Shown in pieces: positions 1-8,701 of a stretch of 64,000 nt of DNA. The stretch spans positions 144,996 through 208,995 of the forward strand of contig JBNGDC010000001.1 in NCBI GenBank assembly GCA_049975485.1. The letters are read 5' to 3'. Both the position numbers and the translations under genes were made by a program. The DNA is from Phycisphaerae bacterium. GTDB lineage: Bacteria > Planctomycetota > Phycisphaerae > SM23-33. A model generated the notes under the pieces. It made no database searches. It was not told where the DNA came from and saw only the letters and a list, made by a program, of their open reading frames with translations. Position 1 is the first letter of the stretch. Each line of letters starts with the position of its first letter.

Positions 1-278
1 TCGTTGACCTCCTCGGTGCCGGTAGCAAGGAACTTGTCCTCCTCCGGGTCGAGGATGCTTATCAGCCGCTGGAACTCGCCGAGGTGCTCCCGCTCCTCGT
101 TGGCGATGTCGATGAGCACCTTCTTCGCCAACGGGTTGTCGGTGGCATCGGCGTGGGACATGTACAGGTGGATCGCTTCCTCCTCGGCGGCCACGTTCAG
201 CCGGAGGGCGCGAACCAGTTCGGAGTCCGACAGCTTGCGGGGCACGTTGCCACTGAATGGATTCGGGAAATCAGGCAT
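1..278 (-). CDS. rubrerythrin/ferritin-like diiron protein (partial; C-terminus runs off the window start)
   Basis: The reverse strand reads MPDFPNPFSGNVPRKLSDSELVRALRLNVAAEEEAIHLYMSHADATDNPLAKKVLIDIANEEREHLGEF, with two ExxH diiron motifs. The start ATG is at 278 with an AGGAAAGGA RBS upstream. No stop occurs before coordinate 1. This ORF is missing from the track because it is open-ended. Confidence 0.6.
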   Translation of the reverse strand, partial: MPDFPNPFSGNVPRKLSDSELVRALRLNVAAEEEAIHLYMSHADATDNPLAKKVLIDIANEEREHLGEFQRLISILDPEEDKFLATGTEEVN

Positions 279-331
279 CGTTGCGTAATCCTTTCCTCAT
301 CTGATGGGACAGTTGCCTATGGCCACGTCGT

Positions 332-832
332 TCAGGAGCCGACCTTTCGTCGTGCCTCCGAGAGCGTTACCAGGTGGGTCTGCTCTTCACGTATAAGCTC
401 ATCCACGGTGCCGCGGTCCTTTTCGCCCACCAACGGTCGCATCTCGTTCATCAGCATCAGGGTATCCCGCTCGTATCGGGATGCAAGCTCGACGGCCTCT
501 GCGTCCGAGCCGCAATTCTCGGCCGCCCGCTCTGCGGCGGCCGGGTCCGGGAACGCCCGCCCGGAAGTCAGAGCCGAAAGGTAGGCCATGTACTGACCGG
601 GGTATTCCTCCGGCGTCTTGACTCCGCCGAGGCGCTCGAGCATGTCCTCGAACCGCTTCTGGTGGAATTTTTCCTGCTCGGCGAGGTCCGCGAAGATGCT
701 CCGCAGCCCGCTGTCTTTGGCGCTGTCGGCGAGGCGACTGTAGAAGGCCACGCCGCTGCGCTCGTCCTCCACGCCTATCTTGACCAGCTCCGCGACTTCG
801 AACTGCTCGGGCATATTCGTCTCCTGTGGCAA
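332..832 (-). CDS. rubrerythrin-family ferritin-like protein
   Basis: 166 aa with two E-x-x-H motifs (EQEKFHQ and EEQTHL) typical of rubrerythrin/ferritin-like four-helix diiron domains. It is a paralog of the adjacent partial gene. Confidence 0.55.
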   Translation of the reverse strand: MPQETNMPEQFEVAELVKIGVEDERSGVAFYSRLADSAKDSGLRSIFADLAEQEKFHQKRFEDMLERLGGVKTPEEYPGQYMAYLSALTSGRAFPDPAAAERAAENCGSDAEAVELASRYERDTLMLMNEMRPLVGEKDRGTVDELIREEQTHLVTLSEARRKVGS

Positions 833-1208
833 TGCAGCAGTGTTCGTTCTCGGAGGCCCACGTTTTCGTTCGCTCGGGGTGGGTCCTCTAACTACTGTTC
901 CGGACAGTCCATCCTGATTTCACAGAAGTATAGCAGCCATTTTGGGGGCAGTCCCAGAACGCGCAGATGATTTTTCCCCGGCTCGGGCGGCAGCTCAGGC
1001 GGTCGAGCCAAGGGCACCGAGATAAAAAAATTTCGCGGCGGGGCGAAAAAGCTGTTCGTGCAGATATGGAGGTGGCGATAATCTTTCTAAAGCTGTGGTG
1101 CTCTCATAGATAGCAAGGTTCGGCCCGCAGCGTGCCGAGGGAGGCACGCATCCGACGGGTCGAGGCATACGTCGCGGCCTGCGTGGTCGCGAACAAGGAG
1201 CCACGGCA

Positions 1209-1310
1209 ATGGCCAAGAAGATGGTCAAGAAGGCGGCCAAGCCCGCCGCGAAGTCCGGCAAGGCGAAGTCGAAGCCGGTCGCCAGAAAGGCGAAGAGCGC
1301 GAAGAAGTAA
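1209..1310 (+). CDS. 33-aa Lys/Ala-rich basic protein (histone H1-like / KAAK-repeat micro-protein)
   Basis: ATG at 1209 is preceded by AAGGAG (1195-1200) with an 8-nt spacer. It encodes MAKKMVKKAAKPAAKSGKAKSKPVARKAKSAKK and ends at TAA 1308-1310. A strong intrinsic terminator follows at 1347-1378. The ORF is too short for the ORF track. Confidence 0.55.
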   Translation: MAKKMVKKAAKPAAKSGKAKSKPVARKAKSAKK

Positions 1311-1346
1311 TTGCTTCGCGTCGCCAAGGCAGCAAAACAGCAGTCT

Positions 1347-1378
1347 CGGGTCGGCCACTCAGCCGACCCGTGTTTTTG
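1347..1378 (+). terminator. Rho-independent terminator after the small basic protein gene
   Basis: Stem CGGGTCGGC, loop CACTCA, stem GCCGACCCG, followed by GTGTTTTTG. Confidence 0.6.
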
Positions 1379-1462
1379 CGCTGCGACCGGCAGTTGAAAG
1401 TGCCCGCCGCTTGTGGTCTGCTTAAGCGGACTTGCCCCCACACAGAAGCGGAGGTTTCTTGC

Positions 1463-2812
1463 ATGAGCGGTGAGCAGACTCCCAAGCGGCTGAATGTCAT
1501 CTGGATATTCGGCGACCAGCATCGCGGTCAGGCGCTGGGCTGTGCCGGAGACCCCAACGTTACCACCCCCAATGTTGACCGCATGGCCGCCGAGGGCGTG
1601 CATTTCACCGGCGCCGTCTCGGGCTTTCCGCTGTGCTGCCCGTACCGCGGTTCGCTCATCACCAGTCGATACCCGCACAAGTGCGTTCCGGGTCACGAGT
1701 ATCCGCTGGACGCCGACCTGCCGACAGTTGCGACCGCATTCAAGGATGCGGGCTACCACACGGCCTACTTCGGCAAGTGGCACCTCGGCGGCTGGAAGGA
1801 GCGCGACGGGCGTGCGGCGATGTATATTATCCCGCCCCAGCAGCGGGGCGGCTTCGACGTCTGGGCCGGCTACGACAACAACAACCGTCAATGGGACTCC
1901 TGGGTCCACGGCGGCGTCGGCGAAGAGGCGTTCCACCGGCGGCTCGACGGTTACGAGACCGACGCATTGACCGACATGCTTATCGACTACCTCCGCTCCC
2001 GTAGCGACGGGGGCGAACACAGGGAGCCCTTCTTCGCGTCACTGTCCGTCCAGCCGCCGCACGACCCCTACGTCGCCCCCGAAAGGTGGATGGGCCGTCA
2101 CAGGAGCGGTGACCTGGTTCTGCGGCCGAACGTGCCGAACGTCGAGCGTGTGGTCGCACAGGCCCGCCGCGAGCTGGCGGGTTACTACGCCCAGATTGAG
2201 AACATCGACTGGAACATCGGGCGTATCCGTCAGGCGCTTGAGCAGACGGGGCTGGCCGAGAACACACTGCTGATGTTCTTCTCCGACCACGGCGACCAGC
2301 ACGGCTCGCACGGGCAGTTCCGCAAGATGAGCCCCTACGAAGAGGCGATCCGTATACCCATGATCATAGCGCCGGCCCGGGCGGACTATCGCTTCAAGAC
2401 CGCCGCCACCGACGTGCCGGTCAACCACGTGGACATGGCCCCGACAACGCTGGGGCTTTGCGGTATTGACACACCTGAGTGGATGTCCGGCACGGATTAC
2501 TCCGGGCACTTCATCCGGGGCCGTGAGGCGGCCCGGCCGCCGCGCGAGTCGGCCTATCTGCAGGTGGTCGTGCCGACCGGGCACGGCAACAGCGTGGACA
2601 GGCCATGGCGCGGCGTGGTCACGAGCGACGGCTGGAAATACGCCGTCCTGCCGGGGCAGCCGTTCATGATGTTCAACCTGAACGAGGATCCCTACGAGCA
2701 GGTGAACCTGGCCTACAACACCCGCTTCCGTGCGGAGCGGCGGCGGCTGCAGGAGATGCTGGCCGGGTGGATTGCCGATACCGACGACGAGTTCGAGCTG
2801 CCGGAGGTATAG
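1463..2812 (+). CDS. sulfatase (arylsulfatase family, formylglycine-dependent)
   Basis: CCPYRGSLITSRYPH carries the CxPxR FGly motif, together with GKWHLG and FFSDHGD motifs. ATG 1463 has a GGAGG RBS (1449-1453). The track start at 1370 (GTG) lies inside the upstream terminator hairpin and is rejected. There is no signal peptide. Confidence 0.8.
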   Translation: MSGEQTPKRLNVIWIFGDQHRGQALGCAGDPNVTTPNVDRMAAEGVHFTGAVSGFPLCCPYRGSLITSRYPHKCVPGHEYPLDADLPTVATAFKDAGYHTAYFGKWHLGGWKERDGRAAMYIIPPQQRGGFDVWAGYDNNNRQWDSWVHGGVGEEAFHRRLDGYETDALTDMLIDYLRSRSDGGEHREPFFASLSVQPPHDPYVAPERWMGRHRSGDLVLRPNVPNVERVVAQARRELAGYYAQIENIDWNIGRIRQALEQTGLAENTLLMFFSDHGDQHGSHGQFRKMSPYEEAIRIPMIIAPARADYRFKTAATDVPVNHVDMAPTTLGLCGIDTPEWMSGTDYSGHFIRGREAARPPRESAYLQVVVPTGHGNSVDRPWRGVVTSDGWKYAVLPGQPFMMFNLNEDPYEQVNLAYNTRFRAERRRLQEMLAGWIADTDDEFELPEV

Positions 2813-2818
2813 CGGGCG

Positions 2819-3024
2819 TGACCGCGGGCGACGTGTCAATCTGGGCCTTGTATCTGGGGTTGCTGCTGCTGCCGCTGACGGCCGGCGTGCTGGCGGCGGA
2901 GTCCGTGGCGGGCGGTCGGTCCATGCCGCGTGCGGCGCGGGTCTGGTCGTATATCGGACGGGGGCTGGCGATTGTCGCGGCAGTGTGTTTTGCGGCGGCA
3001 GCTCTGCTGTACCTGCTGGGATAG
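2819..3024 (+). CDS. possible small two-TM membrane protein (hypothetical)
   Basis: A GTG start gives VTAGDVSIWALYLGLLLLPLTAGVLAAE...AIVAAVCFAAAALLYLLG, with two hydrophobic helices. There is no homology call; this could be an artifact. Confidence 0.2.
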
Positions 3025-3076
3025 ACCGCGCCGACAAGCGCGTTGCTACGCCTGTTTCATTACCCGCTCACTGGCG

Positions 3077-3120
3077 TTCGCGGCCAGCCGCGAGCGGCAG
3101 CGAGCGGAAATGCCGGCTTG
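3077..3120. repeat. 34-bp intergenic repeat with nested hairpin, copy 1 (family shared with 26780-26840)
   Basis: TTCGCGGCCAGCCGCGAGCGGCAGCGAGCGGAAA matches 26797-26830 at 31 of 34 positions. The inner palindrome is CGCGGC-CA-GCCGCG and the outer arms are CCGCTC and GAGCGG. It sits between convergent genes. Confidence 0.6.
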
Positions 3121-3232
3121 TTAATTGGTTAGCCAGTCATCCTCGCGAGGCGAGCAAACAAGTTGCTCGCCCTGCGGCCTATCACGATTGTTCGATAACT
3201 TGTCGGGCAAGTATGACCGACCGACGAGCTAT

Positions 3233-3270
3233 CTATTGCCTATTGCCTATTGCCTGCTGCCTACTGCCTA
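3233..3270. repeat. tandem heptanucleotide repeat (CTATTGC/CTRCTGC) x5.5, equal to (AGGCARY)n on the thuA sense strand
   Basis: CTATTGC CTATTGC CTATTGC CTGCTGC CTACTGC CTAC. It abuts the thuA stop codon. It is the reverse complement of the 20021-20097 array. Confidence 0.7.
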
Positions 3271-3996
3271 CTCTTCGAACCAGCCCATGGGTTTGTTGGG
3301 CGCGCCCAGCGGCATGGTGCCGGTCGGTGCTATCCAGCGGACGGCGTTGGTAATCACACGCAGCACCTCCGGCTGCTTGTAGATGGGGAAGGTCTCGTGC
3401 CCGGGCCGGAAGTAGAACACCTTGCCCGCGCCTCGCGTCCACACACAGCCGCTGCGGAATACCTCTCCGCCGGCGAAGCTGGAGATGAATATCTGTTCGT
3501 CCGGCTGGGGGATGTCGAAGTGCTCACCGTACATCTCGGTGTGCTCGATGATTATGCACTCGCCGATGCCCTCGACGATCGGATGCCCCGGCCGCGTGAC
3601 CCACAGCACCTCGCGCTCGCCGACCTCGCGCCACTTGAGCTGACAGGTGGTGCCCATCAAGCGCTTGAACGGCTTGGAGAAGTGCCCGCTGTGCAGCACT
3701 ATCAGCCCCATGCCCTGAAGCACCCGCTTCTGCACGCGGTCCACGATTTCGTCGGACACTTCCCCGTGTGCCATGTGGGCCCACCAAAGCAGCACGTCGG
3801 TGTCGTCGAGCTTGTCGTCCGTAAGGCCGTGCTCCGGTTCGTCGAGCGTAGCGGTGCCGGCCGTGATGCCTTCCTGCGCATTCAGATGCTCGGCGAGGCA
3901 GGCGTGGATGCCGTCGGGGTAAACCTTCCTTACGGCCTCGTCCTTCTTCTCGTGGCGAAATTCATTCCAGACTGTGACGCGAATGTCCTTACCCAT
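3268..3996 (-). CDS. ThuA-like (trehalose utilisation / class-I glutamine amidotransferase-like) protein
   Basis: 242 aa. The N-terminus [27 protein letters not shown] and overall length fit the ThuA family. Confidence 0.55.
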   Translation of the reverse strand: MGKDIRVTVWNEFRHEKKDEAVRKVYPDGIHACLAEHLNAQEGITAGTATLDEPEHGLTDDKLDDTDVLLWWAHMAHGEVSDEIVDRVQKRVLQGMGLIVLHSGHFSKPFKRLMGTTCQLKWREVGEREVLWVTRPGHPIVEGIGECIIIEHTEMYGEHFDIPQPDEQIFISSFAGGEVFRSGCVWTRGAGKVFYFRPGHETFPIYKQPEVLRVITNAVRWIAPTGTMPLGAPNKPMGWFEE

Positions 3997-4342
3997 GTCT
4001 TATGTTTCCTTATGAGGAGTTTCGGCAAACGGTTTTCTGCGGATGTCCGGCAAAGTTACCGCGCGGCCGGGGCGGTTCAAGGCAAAACCGGACTTTTAGT
4101 CCCTGTTCGCCGCCCTGGTTGGCGTCTGGGCGCTTGAAACGCTGAAATTTACGAAACTTTCGCACCATCGACGTGTCGAAGTAGTAGTAACGGCTGAAGG
4201 CGGCTACGCGGCCAAAGCGACCTGCGCGCATAGTCGCCGATGGAGTATAATAGAAAAAGTTGCGGCCCCGGCCGCGGATGAAACGCCCTCATGGCTCCTG
4301 ACCAATCCCGTTACAGAGACGGGGCCTGTTGAAACTCAGCAA

Positions 4343-6892
4343 ATGGAGAGACCCTTGAACCGAAACGGCCTTTTTACCCGGTATGCCTGCATAGTAGCCG
4401 TTGTGCTCGTGACCGTATCGGTGTCCTGGACGCAGAACGCGTCACCCGTTGAGGTCGAAGACGGCTTTGCCCAACGTTTCGAGGCCGGCAAGCTCTGGCG
4501 CGACGGCGTCGATATGGCGATGGAGGGGGACTTCTCCGCCGCCTTGCAGAAGGTGCGCAGGGCGGCCGAGATAGACCCCGACGACGAGTACATCGCCGCC
4601 GGCGTGGAGTGCCTGGATGAGTATGTATCCCGGCGGGAGCGGTTCGAGACCGAGCGACGGCTGGAATACTCCGATGCCGTCCGTCGCGTTCGCAGGGGCA
4701 TGCTTGCCCAGGAGTATCTGCCCAAGCTTGCCGCCGCCGAGCTGCATGAGCCCCTGCGCAAGAAGGTCGAGCAGGCCATCATCGAGCAGTACAACTCCGT
4801 CAACAGCGCTTCATCGCTTGATGAGCTTTCCGAGCAGGAGGCGCTGGATCTCAGGTCCGAAGTCATCGCCGTAACGGAGAAGATGTCGGCCGGTGTGGAC
4901 CAGGCCGTCGCCATGCTCGACGGCGACGACAGTGAATACGCCCGTCAGTTCGCCGAGGCCGCCGAAGAAGTCTCCTACTACATTCGGGTGTACCGCAACG
5001 GCTGGCGGGGCGTGCGGCTTGAATCCGCCGACGACCGCGCAAAGGCCGCCGATGTCCTGGCGGAGGTGGAGGACAAACTGGCAGACGCTATCTCCGAGCT
5101 GGAGATGATGGTGGATAAAAAGCCCTGGCGGCGGGCGCTGTCGCAGGGAATCCTGGCGAGAGAGCTGCACCGCAAGGACAACGGCCCGCTTGACGGGAAG
5201 GATTGGTACAACGAGTTGATAGCCCTTGCGGAGGAGCACGCCGAGCAGGCCGTCGCCGACGCCGAGTGGTACGACGCAGCCGCCGCGTACAGCGGCCTGG
5301 AGGAGTTGACCGGCGGCAACGGTCTCTACGAGCAGCAGATGGATCAGGGCCGCAGGCACGTTAGGGTGCTGGGGCTGTATGGCGAGGGCAACCCCGAGAG
5401 CGATACCCAGCCGGTGGATAACACCTGGCAGGAACTGGTAGCCGGCGCCGACGCGAACATGGTTCGCGAGGCCATCCAGCGCCTGGACCAGTATTACGTT
5501 GAGGCGGTGGACTATCGGGACCTGGCGAACGGCGCGCTGCTGGCGATGGAGGTGCTCGCGGATACGCCGCAAGCGGCCGAGAGCTTCGAGACGCTCAACG
5601 ATGAGGAGAAACGTCAGCAGTTCCTCAGCGCCATAAGGAGCATGCGGGAGAACATCGCCGACAAGCAGCAGGTAGGCACGCTGGACCTGCTGTTCATGCT
5701 GAATCACGTGCTGAGGGAATCCGACCGCAGCGTAAAGCTTCCGGCCGAGGTCATCGCCGTGGAGTTCGCCGACGGGATGCTCAACGAACTGGACAAGTTC
5801 AGCTCGATGATCTGGCCGCACGACCTGGCCGACTTCGAAAAGCACACGCGCGGGCATTTCTACGGCGTCGGCATCCAGATTACCAAGGAGATCGGCGAGC
5901 CGCTGGAAGTGGTGACCCCGCTGGCGGGCACGCCGGCGTATCGGGCCGGCATCAAGCCGGGCGACGTCATCATCGCCGTGGACGGCCGCCGCACCGAGGA
6001 CCTGGGCATAGACAAGCTCGTGAGAATGATCATGGGCGAGGAGGGCACGCGAGTGACGCTGAGAATAGAGCGTCCCGGGCGTGTCAAGCCGTTCGACGTG
6101 ACACTCACGCGCGACAAGATCACCATCCGGACGGTCAAGGGCTGGCAGCGTGTGAACGACGAGGGCTGGCAGTACCTGGTGGGCCAGACCGACGGTGTCG
6201 GCTACGTGCGGTGCAGCCAGTTCAGCGAGCAGACGGTAGAGGAGCTTACCGAGGCGCTGGAGCAGGTCAACGGCGACGAAGTGGACGCCCTGGTGCTTGA
6301 CTTGCGGTGGAACCCCGGCGGGCTGCTCAGCTCGGCCGTCGAGGTCGCCGACGAGTTCCTCAATGACCACCGCAGGATAGTCTCCACCAAAGGTCGCCAG
6401 GCGCGCTACGAGGAGCGGTCGGCCAGCCCAAGGGGCGAGTATCTCGACAAACCGCTGGTGGTGCTGGTGAACGACGCCAGTGCATCGGCCGCCGAGATCG
6501 TCGCCGGCGCCCTGCAGGACTGGGACCGGGCCATCGTGGTCGGCGAGCGGACCTACGGAAAGGGCAGCGTCCAGCACGTAATCCGCATACGTCCCGAACG
6601 GTCCATGCTGAAGCTGACCACCGCCTACTACTACCTGCCGCATGGCCGGCTGCTGCACAGGGTCAACGGCAAGGACGAGTGGGGCGTGGCCCCGGATATC
6701 GAGGTCCTGATGACTCCCGAGCAGACCCGCCGCTGGCTGGAGCTGCGACGGGAGACCGACCTTATTCAGGATATCGAGCCGGAAGAACTGAACCGCGAGC
6801 TGTCCAGGCAGTACGAGGCCGACCTGCAGCTACAGACCGCCGTCGTGCTGCTGAAGCTGATGCGACTGGACGAGCAACGCTCCGCGGCTTAG
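4343..6892 (+). CDS. S41 family C-terminal processing peptidase with PDZ domain and a long N-terminal extension
   Basis: The C-terminal half has a PDZ (GIKPGDVIIAVDG) and an S41 core (LDLRWNPGGLL, VVLVNDASASAAEIVAGALQD, GERTYGKGSVQ). There is an N-terminal signal/TM segment, and about 450 aa of Ala/Glu-rich helical sequence precede the protease. Confidence 0.8.
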   Translation: MERPLNRNGLFTRYACIVAVVLVTVSVSWTQNASPVEVEDGFAQRFEAGKLWRDGVDMAMEGDFSAALQKVRRAAEIDPDDEYIAAGVECLDEYVSRRERFETERRLEYSDAVRRVRRGMLAQEYLPKLAAAELHEPLRKKVEQAIIEQYNSVNSASSLDELSEQEALDLRSEVIAVTEKMSAGVDQAVAMLDGDDSEYARQFAEAAEEVSYYIRVYRNGWRGVRLESADDRAKAADVLAEVEDKLADAISELEMMVDKKPWRRALSQGILARELHRKDNGPLDGKDWYNELIALAEEHAEQAVADAEWYDAAAAYSGLEELTGGNGLYEQQMDQGRRHVRVLGLYGEGNPESDTQPVDNTWQELVAGADANMVREAIQRLDQYYVEAVDYRDLANGALLAMEVLADTPQAAESFETLNDEEKRQQFLSAIRSMRENIADKQQVGTLDLLFMLNHVLRESDRSVKLPAEVIAVEFADGMLNELDKFSSMIWPHDLADFEKHTRGHFYGVGIQITKEIGEPLEVVTPLAGTPAYRAGIKPGDVIIAVDGRRTEDLGIDKLVRMIMGEEGTRVTLRIERPGRVKPFDVTLTRDKITIRTVKGWQRVNDEGWQYLVGQTDGVGYVRCSQFSEQTVEELTEALEQVNGDEVDALVLDLRWNPGGLLSSAVEVADEFLNDHRRIVSTKGRQARYEERSASPRGEYLDKPLVVLVNDASASAAEIVAGALQDWDRAIVVGERTYGKGSVQHVIRIRPERSMLKLTTAYYYLPHGRLLHRVNGKDEWGVAPDIEVLMTPEQTRRWLELRRETDLIQDIEPEELNRELSRQYEADLQLQTAVVLLKLMRLDEQRSAA

Positions 6893-7017
6893 AAGCGGAC
6901 GACGACGAAACTATTGAGGGTGCCCAATAATTCGTGGCAAGTGTCTTGAATACCTGTGACAGTACTGGAGAACTATTTGGGGGCGATAGGTATATTCCGG
7001 TGCCGCACAACACTGTC

Positions 7018-7099
7018 GCCCCTTCGGGGCTGAGTGCATTATTGCCCCGGACTTCCGGGGGCTGACGCCCCCGGCTATTTCCTGTCGGCCCTTCGGGCC
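7018..7099. other. cluster of GC-rich tetraloop hairpins between convergent genes
   Basis: GCCCC-TTCG-GGGC (7018-7030), CCCCGG-ACTT-CCGGGG (7045-7060), GGGGGC-TGAC-GCCCCC (7057-7072, overlapping the previous one) and GGCCC-TTCG-GGCC (7087-7099). No U-tracts follow. Confidence 0.4.
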
Positions 7100-7182
7100 T
7101 GTTGTGATGCACATGCACTGACTGTCAGCCGGCTCAAGTATGCGTTCGAAGTATTGGGCATCCTCAAACTATTAATCGCAAG

Positions 7183-7869
7183 CTACGGTCCCTCCGCCTC
7201 CCTCAGTGCGCGGGCGAAGTCGGCGTTCTCGGGTTTCTTCAGGAGTTGCTGGAATTCGTCTTCGGACACGCGGTCCGTGCTGCCGTCGGAGGTCAGCACA
7301 TTGCGATAGTCCTCGTGGTTGCCTCGCAGGTCGCACATCACCAAAGTGTGGGGTGGCGCATCCGGCGCGGGCGGATGATAGAAATAGTCGCTCCGGCGGT
7401 CGGACACGGCCGAGGGACATCGAAAAATATCCCGATCGTAAAGGTAACGCTCCTCTACCAGGATGTCCAGGTCCGCCGGGAAGTGGTCGTCATATTCGAA
7501 TGAGTATTCATCCATGGCCCTGGCTATGGCCGACAGGTTCGTCAGGCAAACTATTCTCCGGGCCTGTTCTCTGGTTCGCGAAAGCACAGGTAGCATGAGG
7601 GCAGGCATAACCACGGTGGGCAGCAGAAGACCCAGCACGATACCGGCAACGGCCATGCCTGTCCTGGGGCGCTTCTGCACCAGTGAGACGATTCCCAGGA
7701 CCACGGCCGTCAGCCCCAGAGCCGCACCGAGTATCGGGATGACGGCGGTAATGCCGAAGATCAGGGCCGCCAGGGGCAGCCCACGGCCCGTGTTGCGTCT
7801 GTAGGACGGTGTTCCGTGTATCGGTGGTGGCGTCTGCTGCGGGGGCTGTTGAGGTGGAATCTGCGACAT
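7183..7869 (-). CDS. membrane protein: Pro/Gln-rich N-terminus, DUF4190-like two-TM anchor, DUF1559-like (planctomycete pseudopilin-type) C-domain
   Basis: LAALIFGITAVIPILGAALGLTAVVLGIVSLVQKRPRTGMAVAGIVLGLLLP is the DUF4190 pattern. RIVCLTNLSAIARAMDEY and RGNHEDYRNVLTSDGS resemble DUF1559 core motifs. The C-terminal 24 aa (EFQQLLKKPENADFARALREAEGP) are identical to the downstream paralog. Confidence 0.55.
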   Translation of the reverse strand: MSQIPPQQPPQQTPPPIHGTPSYRRNTGRGLPLAALIFGITAVIPILGAALGLTAVVLGIVSLVQKRPRTGMAVAGIVLGLLLPTVVMPALMLPVLSRTREQARRIVCLTNLSAIARAMDEYSFEYDDHFPADLDILVEERYLYDRDIFRCPSAVSDRRSDYFYHPPAPDAPPHTLVMCDLRGNHEDYRNVLTSDGSTDRVSEDEFQQLLKKPENADFARALREAEGP

Positions 7870-7907
7870 TGCTGTTCTCCCATTCTGTTTGTCCGGCCGC
7901 TGGGAAG

Positions 7908-8573
7908 CTACGGTCCTTCCGCTTCTCTCAGCGCGCGGGCGAAGTCGGCGTTCTCCGGTTTCTTCAGCAGCTGCTGGAACTCCTGCTCGCTGACCATACG
8001 GACTTTGCCGTTGGCGTGGACCACATTGCGTCCGCTACGGTGGTTGCCTCGCCAGTCGCATGCCAGAAGTGTCATCGGCGAAGCGTCGTCGGCAGGCGGA
8101 TGGTAGAAGTAATCCGACTCTCTCGGGCTTTGTGACAGAGGGCAGCGAATGCTGTCCGGCCCCAGAAGATCCTCATCGATGAGGACCTGCAGGTTGCCTG
8201 GCCAGACGTCCGAATAATCAGTCCTATAGATGTTCGCCGCTTCGGCGATGGTACGAAGGTTGGCACCACAGGTTATTTCTTTCGCAAGCTCTTTGGCTTC
8301 CTGCCTGGCCTGGTATATCTCAACCGTAACGGTTGTCGTCAGAGTGGGCAGTGCGAAGCCCAACACAAGCCCAGCTATGGCCATGCCCCGTCTTGGTCGC
8401 TTCTGCACCAGCGAGACGATACCCAGTGCGATTGCTGCCAGACCCGGTAATACGCCTGCGAAAGGAATGACCGCAAAGATTCCGAGAATAAGTGCCGCCT
8501 TGGGTGGCCCCTTGCCCTTCTTAAGCCGGTAATGCGAAGGGCCCCGCGCAGGTTGAGGCGGAGTCCGGCTCAT
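7908..8573 (-). CDS. paralog of 7183-7869 (DUF4190 anchor plus DUF1559-like domain)
   Basis: It has the same architecture (ALILGIFAVIPFAGVLPGLAAIALGIVSLVQKRPRRGMAIAGLVLG; ITCGANLRTIAEAANIY; RGNHRSGRNVVHANGKV). The 3-prime 80 nt are nearly identical in DNA to 7183-7262. Confidence 0.55.
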   Translation of the reverse strand: MSRTPPQPARGPSHYRLKKGKGPPKAALILGIFAVIPFAGVLPGLAAIALGIVSLVQKRPRRGMAIAGLVLGFALPTLTTTVTVEIYQARQEAKELAKEITCGANLRTIAEAANIYRTDYSDVWPGNLQVLIDEDLLGPDSIRCPLSQSPRESDYFYHPPADDASPMTLLACDWRGNHRSGRNVVHANGKVRMVSEQEFQQLLKKPENADFARALREAEGP

Positions 8574-8701
8574 GTCAGTTCTCCCATAGGTCAGATTCGT
8601 CAGCCCTGCGTCCGGAAACGCGCTACCAGACTTGGCCCGCGGCGCGAAATCAGCCCCATGTGCCGCACATACAAATAAGTACCAAGTTCGGTGGGGCTTG
8701 T

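Noticed and set aside
1370-1462. Upstream GTG/Met extension of the sulfatase ORF
   Set aside because: The extension begins inside the intrinsic terminator hairpin (1347-1378) and lacks an RBS. ATG 1463 has a GGAGG RBS.
995-2020. 341-aa minus-strand ORF spanning the small basic gene, its terminator and the sulfatase start
   Set aside because: It overlaps two better-supported plus-strand genes and a terminator hairpin. It has no homology.
4811-6658. 615-aa ORF on the minus strand inside the S41 peptidase gene
   Set aside because: It is antisense to a confidently identified gene. High-GC genomes generate long stop-free antisense frames. It has no motifs or RBS.
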